Shown here: in pieces, positions 18,715-28,979 of the stretch
Numbering within the stretch: position 1 is the stretch's first letter
Layout of the letters: each line of letters opens with the position of its first letter
Origin: Betaproteobacteria bacterium
GTDB taxonomy: Bacteria > Pseudomonadota > Gammaproteobacteria > Burkholderiales > SG8-41
Direction of reading: 5' to 3'
Length of the DNA: 45,801 nucleotides
Assembly: GCA_025353085.1 (NCBI GenBank)
Contig: JANXRI010000099.1
Span: 1-45,801, forward strand
Notes under the pieces: model-generated
The model's database searches: none
What the model was told of the DNA's origin: nothing
Seen by the model: only the letters and a program-made list of their open reading frames with translations
Translations under genes and position numbers: made by a program

Positions 18715-19482
18715 ATGTCAGTAATTGCCTGGATCATCGTCACGAGCCTTATGGGCGGGTTGTTGAGTGTGGCCGCCGCCGCTGCCTTCGCGCTTAACGC
18801 GCGCACGGCGCACGTGCCGATGCTTATCAGTTACGCGGTCGGCGCGCTGCTCGGCGCGGTCTTTCTCGATATCCTGCCGCACGCGTTCTCGATGTCCGGC
18901 AATCCCGAGCACACCGCCGCCACTATTCTCGCCGGCATACTGCTTTTTTTCGTGCTCGAAAAACTGGTGCTCTGGCGGCATTGCCACGAAGAACAATGCG
19001 AAGCGCACGAGGCGCAACCGACCCAGCACGATCACGGCCGCAGTGGCCTGATGATTATGGTCGGCGACACGTTTCATAATTTCGTCGACGGCATTTTGAT
19101 CGCGGCCGCGTTCATGGCCGATGTAAAACTCGGCCTCGTGACGGCGATTGCGATCGTTGCCCACGAAATTCCGCAAGAGGTCGGCGATTTTCTGGTACTG
19201 CTGCATTCCGGCTACAGCAAACGTGCCGCACTGCTGTTCAATGCGCTGTCGAGCCTCGCCATGCTGGTCGGCGGCGTGCTCGCCTATTTTGCGCTGCAGA
19301 GCATGCAGCAATCGATTCCGGCGCTGCTTGCGCTCGCTGCAGCGAGCATGCTGTACGTCGCAGTCGCCGACCTCATTCCGGGTCTGCACCGGCGCCCGGA
19401 AATCAACGCGTCAATCCAGCAGGTCGGTCTGATCTGCACCGGCATCGCCACCATCTGGGGCGTCGGCGCTTTACTCCACTGA
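18715..19482 (+). CDS. ZIP family divalent metal transporter (ZupT-like)
   Basis: 255 aa polytopic protein. His-rich loop (HCHEEQCEAHEAQPTQHDH) and signature HEIPQEVGDF. Confidence 0.85.
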   Translation: MSVIAWIIVTSLMGGLLSVAAAAAFALNARTAHVPMLISYAVGALLGAVFLDILPHAFSMSGNPEHTAATILAGILLFFVLEKLVLWRHCHEEQCEAHEAQPTQHDHGRSGLMIMVGDTFHNFVDGILIAAAFMADVKLGLVTAIAIVAHEIPQEVGDFLVLLHSGYSKRAALLFNALSSLAMLVGGVLAYFALQSMQQSIPALLALAAASMLYVAVADLIPGLHRRPEINASIQQVGLICTGIATIWGVGALLH

Positions 19483-19500
19483 TGGCGCAACGCGCGACGC

Positions 19501-19529
19501 TTGACACCCCCTATACCCAAACGCAGAAT
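19501..19529 (+). promoter_or_regulatory. Candidate sigma70 promoter for phaC
   Basis: TTGACA (19501-19506), 17-nt spacer, CAGAAT (19524-19529), 27 nt upstream of the phaC ATG. Confidence 0.35.
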
Positions 19530-19555
19530 CGTCTTAATCCCGCCCGCACTTCGAC

Positions 19556-21319
19556 ATGAAACAGACCGGTAACAACTTTAATTCGCCGCCCGCATCCGAG
19601 CAGGCCTTGTTCGACGGACTTTCCAATGCGAGCCGGCAATTCGTCGATCGCATCGTCGATTCCATGTCGGCAGCGCAGGGAGCGGATGCGTCCGAGATGT
19701 TGCGCGCTCTCACCGCGGGCCTGAGCAGCGACCAGGCGCGGCGCGGCGAACTGCAAGAACGTTATTACCGCCAACATCTCGAATTGTGGATGAACCTTGC
19801 TCGTGCTGGCGACGAGGCCGCCGCACCGGCGCCGGTCGCGGTACCCGAGCCGGGCGACCGGCGCTTTCATGCGCCGGAATGGAAGTCGCTGCCCTATTTC
19901 GATTACCTCAAACAGGCGTATCTCATCAATTCGCGCTGGCTCACCGACATGGTGGAAGCCACGCAATTGGCCGAGCCCGCGAAAAAGAAGCTGCGGTTCT
20001 TCGCGCACCAGCTCATCGACGCCGCCGCGCCGGCTAATTTCGCATCGACGAATCCTGAGGTGATCAAGCTGGCCGCCGCGACCAAGGGCGAGAGCCTTGC
20101 GCGCGGACTCGAGCACCTGCGTGAAGATGCGCAAAAAGGCCGCATTTCGATGACCGATGAATCGGCGTTCGAAATCGGCCGCAATATCGCGCTGACGCCC
20201 GGCGCAGTCATCTTTGAAAACGACCTGATGCAGTTGATTCAATATACGCCGTCGACCGGGAAAGTTTTCGCGCGCCCGCTGGTGATGGTGCCGCCTTGCA
20301 TTAACAAGTATTACATCCTCGATTTGCAGCCAGACAATTCGTACGTGCGCTACGTGGTCTCACAAGGCTACACGGTGTTTATGGTGTCGTGGCGCAATGT
20401 GCCCGCGAGCATGGGACATCTGACGTGGGATCAGTATGTGGAAGACGGCGTAATCAAGGCACTCGACATCGCGCGCGACGTGTGCGGCGTCGCCCAGGTC
20501 AACGTGCTCGGGTTTTGCGTCGGCGGCACGCTCGTGGGTGCGGCGCTTGCAGTGTTGGCCGCCCGGGGCAACCCGGCGGCGGCGAGCGCGACACTGCTCA
20601 CGACGATGCTCGATTTCAGCGACCCTGGCGATTTATCCGTGTACATTGACGAAGCGTATGTTCGCCAGCGCGAGCGCGACGCCGCGAAAGGCGGCGTATT
20701 GCGCGGGAAAGAACTTGCCATGACTTTTTCGAGCCTGCGCGCCAACGATCTTATCTGGAACTACGTCGTCAATAATTACCTTAAAGGCGCCAACCCGCCG
20801 GCCTTCGACCTCCTGTACTGGAACAGCGACAGCACCAATCTGCCCGGCGCCATGTTCGCTTACTACATCCGCAACACGTACCTCGAAAACAATCTTCGCC
20901 GCCGCGGCAAGCTCACGATGTGCGGCGAGCGCATCGATCTCGAGAGCGTGACAGTCCCGACGTATATTCTGGCGACGCGAGAGGATCATATTGTGCCGTG
21001 GAAGACCGCCTATCAGAGCACCCGGCTACTGGGCGGAGATATTAAATTTGTGCTCGCGAGCAGCGGCCATATTGCGGGCGTCGTCAATCCACCGGCGAAA
21101 AAAAGGCGCAATCACTGGCTTAACACCGGGCTGCCCGCCACTGCGGACGCATGGTTCGCAGAGGCAACCTCGTGTGCGGGAAGTTGGTGGCCTGACTGGA
21201 TAAACTGGCTGGCCGAACATGGCGGCAAAGAGAGCGAAGCGCCGGCGACGCCGGGGAATGAAAACTATCCAGCGCTCGAACCGGCGCCCGGGCGCTATGT
21301 GCGAGAGCGTTGCGATTAA
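19556..21319 (+). CDS. phaC: Class I poly(3-hydroxyalkanoate) synthase PhaC
   Basis: 587 aa. Lipase-box-like GFCVGGT with the catalytic Cys. Conserved PhaC N-terminal region (FHAPEWKSLPYFDYLKQAYL). Confidence 0.9.
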   Translation: MKQTGNNFNSPPASEQALFDGLSNASRQFVDRIVDSMSAAQGADASEMLRALTAGLSSDQARRGELQERYYRQHLELWMNLARAGDEAAAPAPVAVPEPGDRRFHAPEWKSLPYFDYLKQAYLINSRWLTDMVEATQLAEPAKKKLRFFAHQLIDAAAPANFASTNPEVIKLAAATKGESLARGLEHLREDAQKGRISMTDESAFEIGRNIALTPGAVIFENDLMQLIQYTPSTGKVFARPLVMVPPCINKYYILDLQPDNSYVRYVVSQGYTVFMVSWRNVPASMGHLTWDQYVEDGVIKALDIARDVCGVAQVNVLGFCVGGTLVGAALAVLAARGNPAAASATLLTTMLDFSDPGDLSVYIDEAYVRQRERDAAKGGVLRGKELAMTFSSLRANDLIWNYVVNNYLKGANPPAFDLLYWNSDSTNLPGAMFAYYIRNTYLENNLRRRGKLTMCGERIDLESVTVPTYILATREDHIVPWKTAYQSTRLLGGDIKFVLASSGHIAGVVNPPAKKRRNHWLNTGLPATADAWFAEATSCAGSWWPDWINWLAEHGGKESEAPATPGNENYPALEPAPGRYVRERCD

Positions 21320-21398
21320 AGTCGATGCAACCGTCTGCGGACGCTTCGTGATAGGCTGGTTTTTTGCAGTCAGGATTCTATAAACGGAGGAGCAATTT

Positions 21399-22142
21399 AT
21401 GACTCAACGTGTAGCACTCGTCACCGGCGGCATGGGCGGATTGGGCGAGGCCATCTGCATCAAGCTGTCTAAAATGGGATATACCGTCGTCACCACGTAT
21501 TCACCAGGCAACAAGAAGTCCGGCGAGTGGCTCGAGGAAATGAAGAAACAAGGCTACGCGTTTCGCGCAGTACCGGCGGACGTCGGTGACTATGAGGCCT
21601 GCGCCAAAGCAGCCCGGCAGGTCGAACAGGAAGTGGGCGCGATCGACGTGCTCGTCAACAACGCGGGCATCACGCGCGACATGACCTTCAAAAAAATGGG
21701 CAAAGTCGACTGGCAGGCCGTCATGAGCACGAATCTCGACAGCGTGTTCAACATGACCAAGGCGGTGCTGGACGGCATGGTCGATCGCGGCTGGGGTCGC
21801 GTCATCAATGTGTCGTCGGTCAACGGGCAAAAAGGCGCGTTCGGCCAGACCAACTATTCGGCGGCGAAGGCCGGCATGCATGGATTCACCAAGGCCCTTG
21901 CGCTCGAAGTCGCCAAAAAAGGCGTAACCGTCAACACCATCTCGCCCGGCTACATCGGCACCAAGATGGTCATGGCGATTCCCAAGGATGTGCTCGATAC
22001 GAAAATTGTCCCGCAGATTCCGGTCGGCCGGCTGGGCAAACCCGAGGAAGTGGCCGGCCTGGTTGCTTACCTGTGCTCGGACGAAGCGGCATTCGTCACC
22101 GGCGCCAATATCGCGATCAACGGCGGTCAGCACATGCAATAG
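21399..22142 (+). CDS. phaB: Acetoacetyl-CoA reductase PhaB (SDR)
   Basis: 247 aa. TGGMGGLG cofactor motif, YSAAKAG catalytic motif. Strong SD (GGAGGAGCAATTT-ATG). Confidence 0.9.
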   Translation: MTQRVALVTGGMGGLGEAICIKLSKMGYTVVTTYSPGNKKSGEWLEEMKKQGYAFRAVPADVGDYEACAKAARQVEQEVGAIDVLVNNAGITRDMTFKKMGKVDWQAVMSTNLDSVFNMTKAVLDGMVDRGWGRVINVSSVNGQKGAFGQTNYSAAKAGMHGFTKALALEVAKKGVTVNTISPGYIGTKMVMAIPKDVLDTKIVPQIPVGRLGKPEEVAGLVAYLCSDEAAFVTGANIAINGGQHMQ

Positions 22143-22242
22143 CGCAGCGGTGGTATCAACCGCCGCGCTATAATCGTGCAATGCAAAATGCCCTGTTTTC
22201 CGACTATGATCGCGCTACCAAAGTACGCCCCGGGGGCAGGAC

Positions 22243-22881
22243 ATGAGTGAAGCCGTCAGAATCATCAAGAAATACCCGAATCGCCGGCTTTATGACACGA
22301 CGACCAGCATTTACATCACGCTTGCGGACGTGAAGAAACTGGTCCTTGAAAACATCACTTTTAAAGTCGAGGACGCCAAGACCAAAGACGATCTGACGCG
22401 CAGCATTCTGCTGCAGATCATTCTCGAGGAAGAAAGCGGCAACGGCGCGCCGATGTTTTCGAGCGATATGCTATCCAAGATCATCCGCTTCTACGGCAAC
22501 GCGATGCAGGGCATGATGAGTAATTATCTGGAAAAGAACGTGCAGACTTTCGTCGAGATTCAGAAAAAACTGCAGGCCCAGTCGAGCGCGATGTACGGCG
22601 GCACGGCAATGCCCAACCCTGACGCCTATAGTGAATTTCTGAAAATGCAAGGGCCGGCCATTCAGGGCCTCATGGGCAGTTATCTCGAGCAAAGCGCCAA
22701 CTCTTTTCTCGAAATGCAGCAACAGATGAAAAAACAGTCGCGCAATCTGTTCGGCGCATTCCCTTTCCCCAATTTTGCCGCCGCCAATCCCTTTACGCCG
22801 CCGGTGCGGGAAAGCGCCGCCGATCAATCTGAAAGCTCTGCTCCACCCAAGGATGAAGACGGCGATAAAAAAGGCGGCTGA
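22243..22881 (+). CDS. phaR: Polyhydroxyalkanoate synthesis repressor PhaR
   Basis: [13 protein letters not shown]-terminal DNA-binding motif and PHB-granule-binding middle region. Confidence 0.9.
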   Translation: MSEAVRIIKKYPNRRLYDTTTSIYITLADVKKLVLENITFKVEDAKTKDDLTRSILLQIILEEESGNGAPMFSSDMLSKIIRFYGNAMQGMMSNYLEKNVQTFVEIQKKLQAQSSAMYGGTAMPNPDAYSEFLKMQGPAIQGLMGSYLEQSANSFLEMQQQMKKQSRNLFGAFPFPNFAAANPFTPPVRESAADQSESSAPPKDEDGDKKGG

Positions 22882-24244
22882 GGCAAGACTGACGGCGACA
22901 AAAACGGCGCCGGAAAAGCAGCGCAAGCGGCCGCCTGCAGCGCCCAGGATCGGATTCGTTTCCCTCGGTTGCCCCAAAGCTCTCGTTGATTCGGAGCGCA
23001 TCCTCACGCAGCTACGGGCCGAGGGATATTTGGTAGCGCCCAGTTATAAGGACGCCGATCTCGTCGTCGTCAACACCTGCGGCTTCATCGACAGCGCGGT
23101 TGAAGAATCGCTTGATGCAATCGGCGAGGCACTGGCTGAAAACGGCAAAGTCATCGTGACGGGTTGTCTCGGCGCGCGCGGCAGCGTCGTCAAGGACGCG
23201 CATCCGCGCGTGCTCGCTGTCACTGGACCGCACGCGACCGACGAGGTCATGCGGGCCGTGCACGCGCACCTGCCGCAACCGCATGATCCGCACACCGACC
23301 TGATCCCGGCGCAAGGAATCAAGCTGACGCCGCGTCATTACGCGTATCTGAAGATCGCGGAAGGCTGCAATCATCGCTGCACTTTTTGCATTATCCCGTC
23401 GATGCGCGGGGATCTCGTGAGCCGCCCGGTCGGCGACGTCATGCAGGAAGCTGAAAACCTCGTGAAGGCCGGCGTTAAAGAACTGCTCGTGATTTCGCAG
23501 GACACCAGTGCCTACGGCGTCGACGTCAAATATCGCACCGGCTTCTGGGGCGGCCGCCCGCTTAAAACCCGCATGACCGAACTTGCGGCCGCACTGGGCG
23601 AACTCGGCGTGTGGGTGCGTCTGCATTATGTCTATCCATACCCGCATGTCGATGAGGTTCTGCCGCTGATGCACGCGGAGAAAATTCTGCCTTACCTCGA
23701 TGTGCCGTTCCAGCACGCGAGCCCGCGCATTCTCAAAGCGATGAAGCGCCCGGCCAATTCCGAGAACAATCTCGCGCGCATCCGGCACTGGCGGGAAATC
23801 TGTCCGGCGCTTACGATCCGCAGTACGTTCATTGTCGGTTTCCCCGGTGAAACCGACGAAGAATTCGAGCAGTTGCTTGAATTCATCGAAGACGCGCAAC
23901 TCGATCGCGTCGGCTGCTTTACGTATTCGCCGGTCGAAGGCGCGACCGCCAATGCACTTGCGCACCACGTGCCCGAAGCGCTCAAGGAAGAACGCAAAGC
24001 CCGTTTCATGGCGGCGCAGGCGATTGTCAGCACCGCGCGACTGGAACGCAAAGTGGGCAAGACTCTGCGCGTGTTGATCGACCATGCCGATGACCACAGC
24101 GTAATCGCGCGCAGCAGCGCCGACGCGCCGGAAATCGACGGCGTCGTGTACCTCAAGCCCGCGCGCGGCCTCGTCGCCGGCGAATTCGCGACCGTACGCG
24201 TAACGCGCTCCAATGAACACGATCTATGGGGCGAAGTGGTCTAA
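22853..24244 (+). CDS. rimO: Ribosomal protein S12 methylthiotransferase RimO
   Basis: [17 protein letters not shown]-terminal domain, radical-SAM CNHRCTFC, C-terminal TRAM domain. The only ATG upstream of the conserved core is 22853, which overlaps phaR by 29 nt. The track ORF start at 22775 is rejected. Confidence 0.85.
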   Translation: MKTAIKKAAEARLTATKTAPEKQRKRPPAAPRIGFVSLGCPKALVDSERILTQLRAEGYLVAPSYKDADLVVVNTCGFIDSAVEESLDAIGEALAENGKVIVTGCLGARGSVVKDAHPRVLAVTGPHATDEVMRAVHAHLPQPHDPHTDLIPAQGIKLTPRHYAYLKIAEGCNHRCTFCIIPSMRGDLVSRPVGDVMQEAENLVKAGVKELLVISQDTSAYGVDVKYRTGFWGGRPLKTRMTELAAALGELGVWVRLHYVYPYPHVDEVLPLMHAEKILPYLDVPFQHASPRILKAMKRPANSENNLARIRHWREICPALTIRSTFIVGFPGETDEEFEQLLEFIEDAQLDRVGCFTYSPVEGATANALAHHVPEALKEERKARFMAAQAIVSTARLERKVGKTLRVLIDHADDHSVIARSSADAPEIDGVVYLKPARGLVAGEFATVRVTRSNEHDLWGEVV

Positions 24245-24317
24245 CGTCAAGGTAGAGGTAGAGGTCGCGCCCGTATCGGGCGGCGTAGCGAAAAAAAGTC
24301 ACGCACAGAAAGCCATC

Positions 24318-24701
24318 ATGTGGCAACGCATTTTGAGCCGGGCCCGCCAACTCAAAGCTGAAACCATCACGCTGTGGTTCTGCTGTAAACACCCGGCAAC
24401 GCCAATGGCCGCAAAAATTCTGGCGACGATCGTCGTCGCTTACGCGCTCTCGCCAATCGACCTCATACCGGATTTCATTCCGGTGATCGGTTATCTCGAC
24501 GATGTGATCCTGATTCCGATCGGCATCTATTTCACTTTGAAACTGGTTCCGCAGCCGATAATCGACGAGTGCCGCGGCAAAGCTCGCGTCTGGCTCGAAG
24601 CGCGCCAGGCCAAACCGCGTAATTACATGGCGGCCGGCGTGATCGTCATCGTATGGCTATGCCTGCTGTGGTGGGTCTGGCGCTGGTACAAGGGAAGCTG
24701 A
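24318..24701 (+). CDS. DUF1232 (YkvA-like) membrane protein
   Basis: LSPIDLIPDFIPVIGYLDD signature. Start moved to the ATG at 24318, because the track ORF start at 24213 overlaps rimO. Confidence 0.65.
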   Translation: MWQRILSRARQLKAETITLWFCCKHPATPMAAKILATIVVAYALSPIDLIPDFIPVIGYLDDVILIPIGIYFTLKLVPQPIIDECRGKARVWLEARQAKPRNYMAAGVIVIVWLCLLWWVWRWYKGS

Positions 24702-24729
24702 GCGCACCTGCGAGGTCAGGGACCGCGCT

Positions 24730-26655
24730 TTACTCGCGCTCGAAAAACGCGATGACTTCTGCCACTTCACGGGTGCCCTTCATTGAAGGCAGGCTGCGCA
24801 GAATCCGCCGGCCATAACCTTTGCTGAACAGGCGCGGATCGCAAATCATCAGCACGCCGCGATCGGTCTCGTCGCGAATCAGCCGTCCCGCGCCCTGTTT
24901 CAGTGTAATCACCGCCTGCGGCAATTGAAATTCGACGAATGCATTGCGGCCGTCGCGGTTGATCCGCTCGATGCGCGCAGCGAGCAGCGGATCGTCCGGC
25001 GACGCGAACGGCAGCTTGTCGATGACGACGAGCGACAGCGCTTCGCCCCGCACGTCTACGCCCTCCCAAAACGACTGGCTGCCGACGAGCACGGCGTTGC
25101 CAATGCGCCGAAACCGCTCGAGCAACTCGGTGCGCGAACCCTCGCCCTGCATCATGAGCGGGTATTCGAGTCTCCGCTGTGCGAACGCATCTTTCAACAG
25201 TTCACAGCCTTCGCGCATCGCGCGCAAACTCGTGAACAGCATGAACGCACGACCGCCGCTCGCTTCGATCGCAGGCAACGCGGCGGCGACCACGGCCTTT
25301 GTGTAGTCCGGTGTATTGGGTTCGGGCATGCCTTTAGGCACGTAGAGCAGCGCGTTCGCCGAATAATCGAATGGGCTTTCCCATGAATGGGTGACGGCGT
25401 CGGTGAGGCCCATTTGTGCGCGGTAATGACTGAAGTCGCCGCCGACCGACAAGGTCGCCGAAGTAAAAATCCACGACCGTGCATGATCGTTGATTTGGGC
25501 CTGGAAAACTTCCGCGATCGACAGCGGTGTCGCATTCAGATGCAATGCATGGTTGAAGATTTCGAGCCAGCGCACGACTTCGGGATCGTTATGGTCACGC
25601 CAGCGCCGCACGCCGGCCGCTAGCAATTGGCCGCGCTCCCGGCATTTCTCGAGGCCTTCGCTGCGGCCAGCCTGCGTTTCAAGCGTTGCGACGAGGGTAT
25701 CGAGCTGGGCGCAAACCGTTGCGAGCGCCGGCTCGAACTCCCGGTTGCGCGCGAGCGCCTGAAAAGGGAAACGCCCGGTCTCCTCCCGGAATGCGAGACG
25801 CAAATCGCGCGCGGCCTTGTCGAGTGCATGCGCCGCCTCGGGCAACGCGGCAAAATCTTTGGCTGATGCCACCGCCTCGATGCGGGTGTCGCGCGCGAGC
25901 TCGATCAACTGCGACGTTGAAATCGTCTGGCCGAAAAAAAGACTTGCGGTCTCCGGTAACTGGTGCGCTTCGTCGAAAATAATCGTGTTGGCAGCCGGCA
26001 GCAGTTCCGACACGCCTTCATCGCGCAACACGACATCAGCGAAAAACAAGTGATGGTTGACGACCACCACTTCGGCAGCGAGCGCCTGCTTGCGCGCTTC
26101 CATGACGAAACACTTGGCGTAATACCCGCAATCGGAGCCAAGGCAGTTCTCCCGCGTCGAAGTCACATACGACCAGATGGCCGCGTTCTCCGGGACCGCG
26201 GGCAGATCGCTCTTGTCGCCGGTTGCGCTGTTTTTCGCGAAATTGGCGATGATCGGCAGATAGCGCGCATCGTCGCGCGTGGGGAAACGCCCTTCATGCT
26301 GCGCGCGCGCGACGTAGTAATGGCAGACGTAATTCGCGCGCCCTTTGAGCAGCGCAACGGTGACCGGCACTTTCAACGCTTCGCGCACGACGCGGATATC
26401 GCGGTCGAACAACTGATCCTGCAACGTCTTGGTGCCGGTCGAAATAATCACCTTGCCGCCTGACAGCAGCGCGGGCACCAGGTAGGCAAACGTTTTGCCG
26501 GTACCGGTGCCGGCTTCCGCCACCAGTACCGTATTTTTTTCGATTGCGTCGGCGACTGCGCGCGCCATTTCAAGCTGGCCTTCGCGCACGCGAAAAGACT
26601 CGACGGCCAGCGCCAGTGCACCATCGGCAGAAAATATATTATCCAGATCTTGCAA
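24730..26655 (-). CDS. dinG: ATP-dependent DNA helicase, DinG/YoaA (XPD/Rad3-like, Fe-S) family
   Basis: Walker A AGTGTGKT, DEAH box FDEAHQL, Cys cluster between them (C-HYY ... C-LGSDC-GYYAKC). The 641 aa length is closer to YoaA-type members. Confidence 0.85.
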   Translation of the reverse strand: MQDLDNIFSADGALALAVESFRVREGQLEMARAVADAIEKNTVLVAEAGTGTGKTFAYLVPALLSGGKVIISTGTKTLQDQLFDRDIRVVREALKVPVTVALLKGRANYVCHYYVARAQHEGRFPTRDDARYLPIIANFAKNSATGDKSDLPAVPENAAIWSYVTSTRENCLGSDCGYYAKCFVMEARKQALAAEVVVVNHHLFFADVVLRDEGVSELLPAANTIIFDEAHQLPETASLFFGQTISTSQLIELARDTRIEAVASAKDFAALPEAAHALDKAARDLRLAFREETGRFPFQALARNREFEPALATVCAQLDTLVATLETQAGRSEGLEKCRERGQLLAAGVRRWRDHNDPEVVRWLEIFNHALHLNATPLSIAEVFQAQINDHARSWIFTSATLSVGGDFSHYRAQMGLTDAVTHSWESPFDYSANALLYVPKGMPEPNTPDYTKAVVAAALPAIEASGGRAFMLFTSLRAMREGCELLKDAFAQRRLEYPLMMQGEGSRTELLERFRRIGNAVLVGSQSFWEGVDVRGEALSLVVIDKLPFASPDDPLLAARIERINRDGRNAFVEFQLPQAVITLKQGAGRLIRDETDRGVLMICDPRLFSKGYGRRILRSLPSMKGTREVAEVIAFFERE

Positions 26656-26828
26656 GCGGAATCCCGGCCACGTGCGACCGCACGACGTGCTGCCGCGCGA
26701 TTAAAGCGCGAGAGTATAGACGATGCAGACTATGCCGAGCTAATCGAGACATGGGCTGTTTGGCGTACGCGCGATTTTTTGCACGACTGCCGGTATCATG
26801 GACTTCTGTTCACGCGAAAGTCATTGGT

Positions 26829-27311
26829 ATGCCCGGCAGCACTGCCCGCAACTTCAGAATCGGGCTGATTTCCGATACGCACAACGTCATGCGTCCGCAA
26901 GTGCTAACAGCCCTTGCCGGCGTCAAACATATTCTGCACGCGGGCGACATTTGCGACGAACAAGTGCTGACTCAACTGGCCCGAATTGCGCCGGTCACTG
27001 CGGTGCGCGGCAATAACGACCGCGGCGACTGGGCACGCTCAATAAACGTCACCGAGCTGATTGAGATCGGCGGTATTTCGTTGTATATGGTGCACGACAT
27101 TGCCGCTCTCGACATCGACCCGCAAGCTGCCGGCGTGCACGCAGTGATCTACGGTCATTCGCACACGCCGCTGATCGAGGAACGCGCTGGCGTGCTGTTC
27201 GTGAACCCCGGCAGCGCGGGCCCGCGGCGCTTTTCGTTACCGGTATCGGTCGGGTTTCTCGAGGTCAAACGCGGCGCGGTTAGCGCGAGCCTCCAAACGT
27301 TGCAGGTATAG
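26829..27311 (+). CDS. YfcE/MJ0936-family metallophosphoesterase
   Basis: GLISDTHN, GDICD, GNND and GHSH motifs. Start at the ATG at 26829. The upstream part of the 255-aa track ORF is antisense to dinG. Confidence 0.8.
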   Translation: MPGSTARNFRIGLISDTHNVMRPQVLTALAGVKHILHAGDICDEQVLTQLARIAPVTAVRGNNDRGDWARSINVTELIEIGGISLYMVHDIAALDIDPQAAGVHAVIYGHSHTPLIEERAGVLFVNPGSAGPRRFSLPVSVGFLEVKRGAVSASLQTLQV

Positions 27312-27455
27312 CCGTCTTATCTTGCAATTTATGTATCCGACCGATCTCTCTCGTTCGGAATATCCGGTCGACAAATAACTGCTGCGAAGGCGCCGGCGAC
27401 CTGGCGTAAGAAACAAGCGTTTACATTGCAGCGGGCGTCGCCTATAGTCGCGGCG

Positions 27456-27962
27456 ATGAAAATTTCCGCCCAACTCATTGCCGTATTGCTCGCGTTGACC
27501 ACGCCGCCTGTGCTGCCTGCTGATCATCAAGCGCCGGGTGCAACGACCGAATCGCCTTCTGGCGGCAACGGTTATCTCGATCGCGCGCGGGAAATAACGA
27601 TGCAGGCGCTCGGCCTGCTCGGCGTCAATTACAAATGGGGCAGCGCCACACCGGCTCTCGGCTTCGATTGCAGCGGACTTGTCACGCATGTCTTTCGCCA
27701 GGTAACCGGCATCGTGTTGCCGCATAACTCAAAAGACATGAGCAAAGTCGGCGAGAAAGTAGACAGGTCCGATCTGCAGCCAGGCGATCTGGTATTTTTT
27801 AATACGCGCCAGCGTTCGAATTCCCACGTCGGAATTTATATCGGCGAAGAGCGCTTCGTGCATGCGCCGGGGCGCGGGGGCGCAGTTGAAGTCTCGAACA
27901 TGCAGGAAGGCTATTGGAAGAAGCGCTTCAACGGCGCCCGCCGCATGCTGCTCAACGACTGA
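27456..27962 (+). CDS. NlpC/P60 (C40) family peptidoglycan endopeptidase
   Basis: Signal peptide, then YKWGSATPALGFDCSGLV (catalytic Cys) and SHVGIY (His). Confidence 0.85.
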   Translation: MKISAQLIAVLLALTTPPVLPADHQAPGATTESPSGGNGYLDRAREITMQALGLLGVNYKWGSATPALGFDCSGLVTHVFRQVTGIVLPHNSKDMSKVGEKVDRSDLQPGDLVFFNTRQRSNSHVGIYIGEERFVHAPGRGGAVEVSNMQEGYWKKRFNGARRMLLND

Positions 27963-28860
27963 GCGTCTTCTCCGCGATTTTCTGTTTGATCGCGGCGATC
28001 GCCGCCAGTCCTGCTCGCTCGCCTTCGATGATCGCGAGATGACGGTCTTCAAAATTGGTGCTGCGTATGCGCGCCATATCCGGGCGGATGACGACGTCGG
28101 CTTCGGGCAATTCGAATCCCGCGATGCTTTGCCCCATGATCGCAAACGTCTGCAGCATCACGTCGACGCTGTCTTTAGTCTTGCCAAGGCGCGGATTGCT
28201 CGAAATGTAAACCGCAATCACGAGGTCTGCGCCCATCGCGCGCGCAGCACGTACGGGCACCGGGCTCACCAGCCCGCCGTCGACGTACTCGCGCCCGCTG
28301 ATGGTGACCGGCTGAAATACGCCCGGCACGCTGCTCGAGGCACGCACTGCCATGCCGGTGTTACCGGTGCGAAACACGACGGGCTCACCGCTTTGTAAAT
28401 CGGTCGCCACCACTGCCAGCGGCTTGTTAAGTTTTTCTATCGGGCGGTTCTGCACCGCCTGATTGACGAAGTTCTGCATCGCCTCGCCCTTGATGAAACC
28501 GCGGTCCGGCAATGACCAATCGGCGATGATCGTGTCGTCAAGCTGCAATGCGACGCGCTGTAAGTCGAAGCCGCCGTAGCCGCTCGCGTACAACGCCCCA
28601 ACCAGACTGCCCGAGCTTGTGCCAATGACCATGTCCGGCACGATGCCGTGCGACTCGAGCGCTTTGATTACGCCGATGTGCGCAAATCCGCGGGCCGCGC
28701 CGCCGCCCAAAGCGAGGGCGATTTTGGGCACAACCACACGCACTCCCGGTTTCACCGGCAACTCGACGCTCGGGGCGGGCTTTGGTGCCGGCAAATGGCT
28801 TAAAGGCAGGACGCCACAGCCGGCGAATGCGCCCAGCAACATGATCACTGCGAAACGCAC
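27952..28860 (-). CDS. Patatin-like phospholipase (RssA-like), probable lipoprotein
   Basis: GGGAARGFAHIGV oxyanion motif, GTSSGS nucleophile elbow, DGG catalytic Asp. N-terminal LGAFAGC lipobox-like signal. Its 3' end overlaps the convergent NlpC/P60 gene by 11 nt. Confidence 0.85.
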   Translation of the reverse strand: MRFAVIMLLGAFAGCGVLPLSHLPAPKPAPSVELPVKPGVRVVVPKIALALGGGAARGFAHIGVIKALESHGIVPDMVIGTSSGSLVGALYASGYGGFDLQRVALQLDDTIIADWSLPDRGFIKGEAMQNFVNQAVQNRPIEKLNKPLAVVATDLQSGEPVVFRTGNTGMAVRASSSVPGVFQPVTISGREYVDGGLVSPVPVRAARAMGADLVIAVYISSNPRLGKTKDSVDVMLQTFAIMGQSIAGFELPEADVVIRPDMARIRSTNFEDRHLAIIEGERAGLAAIAAIKQKIAEKTLSR

Positions 28861-28979
28861 GATTAACCTTTATCGACGTAATTTGAGAGGGGCCGATTGT
28901 AGCGTCAGTCAATTCGATCTGCGCCTTCGCCTTGACCTGCAATCAACATCCCCGCTGGGCAGTCTAATCGATGCTGCTC

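Noticed and set aside
19511-20242. 243-aa ORF antisense to the 5' part of phaC. Similar cases are 6977..7675, 2081..2779, 31003..31932, 9487..10194, 21501..22181, 13596..14213, 17871..18467 and 18718..19389.
   Set aside because: All lie opposite well-supported genes and show the Arg/Ala/His-rich composition expected from antisense translation of GC-rich coding DNA.
22143-22242. Possible PhaR operator (TGCAATGCAAAATGC) and TATAAT-like element upstream of phaR.
   Set aside because: I could not match it confidently to any PhaR binding consensus that I can recall precisely. It is left unannotated.
23012-24220. 402-aa ORF antisense to rimO.
   Set aside because: This is a typical GC-rich antisense shadow ORF. 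It is Arg/Ala/Gly-rich with no recognisable motifs, while the opposite strand encodes a complete RimO.
26656-26828. Search for a LexA (SOS) box upstream of the dinG-like helicase gene. The best candidate was CTGTTCACGCGAAAGT.
   Set aside because: The second half-site does not match ACAG, so there is no CTGT-N8-ACAG element.
27952-27962. 11-nt overlap of the convergent 3' ends of the NlpC/P60 and patatin-like genes.
   Set aside because: This is a real feature of the sequence but common in compact genomes. There is no evidence of functional significance.
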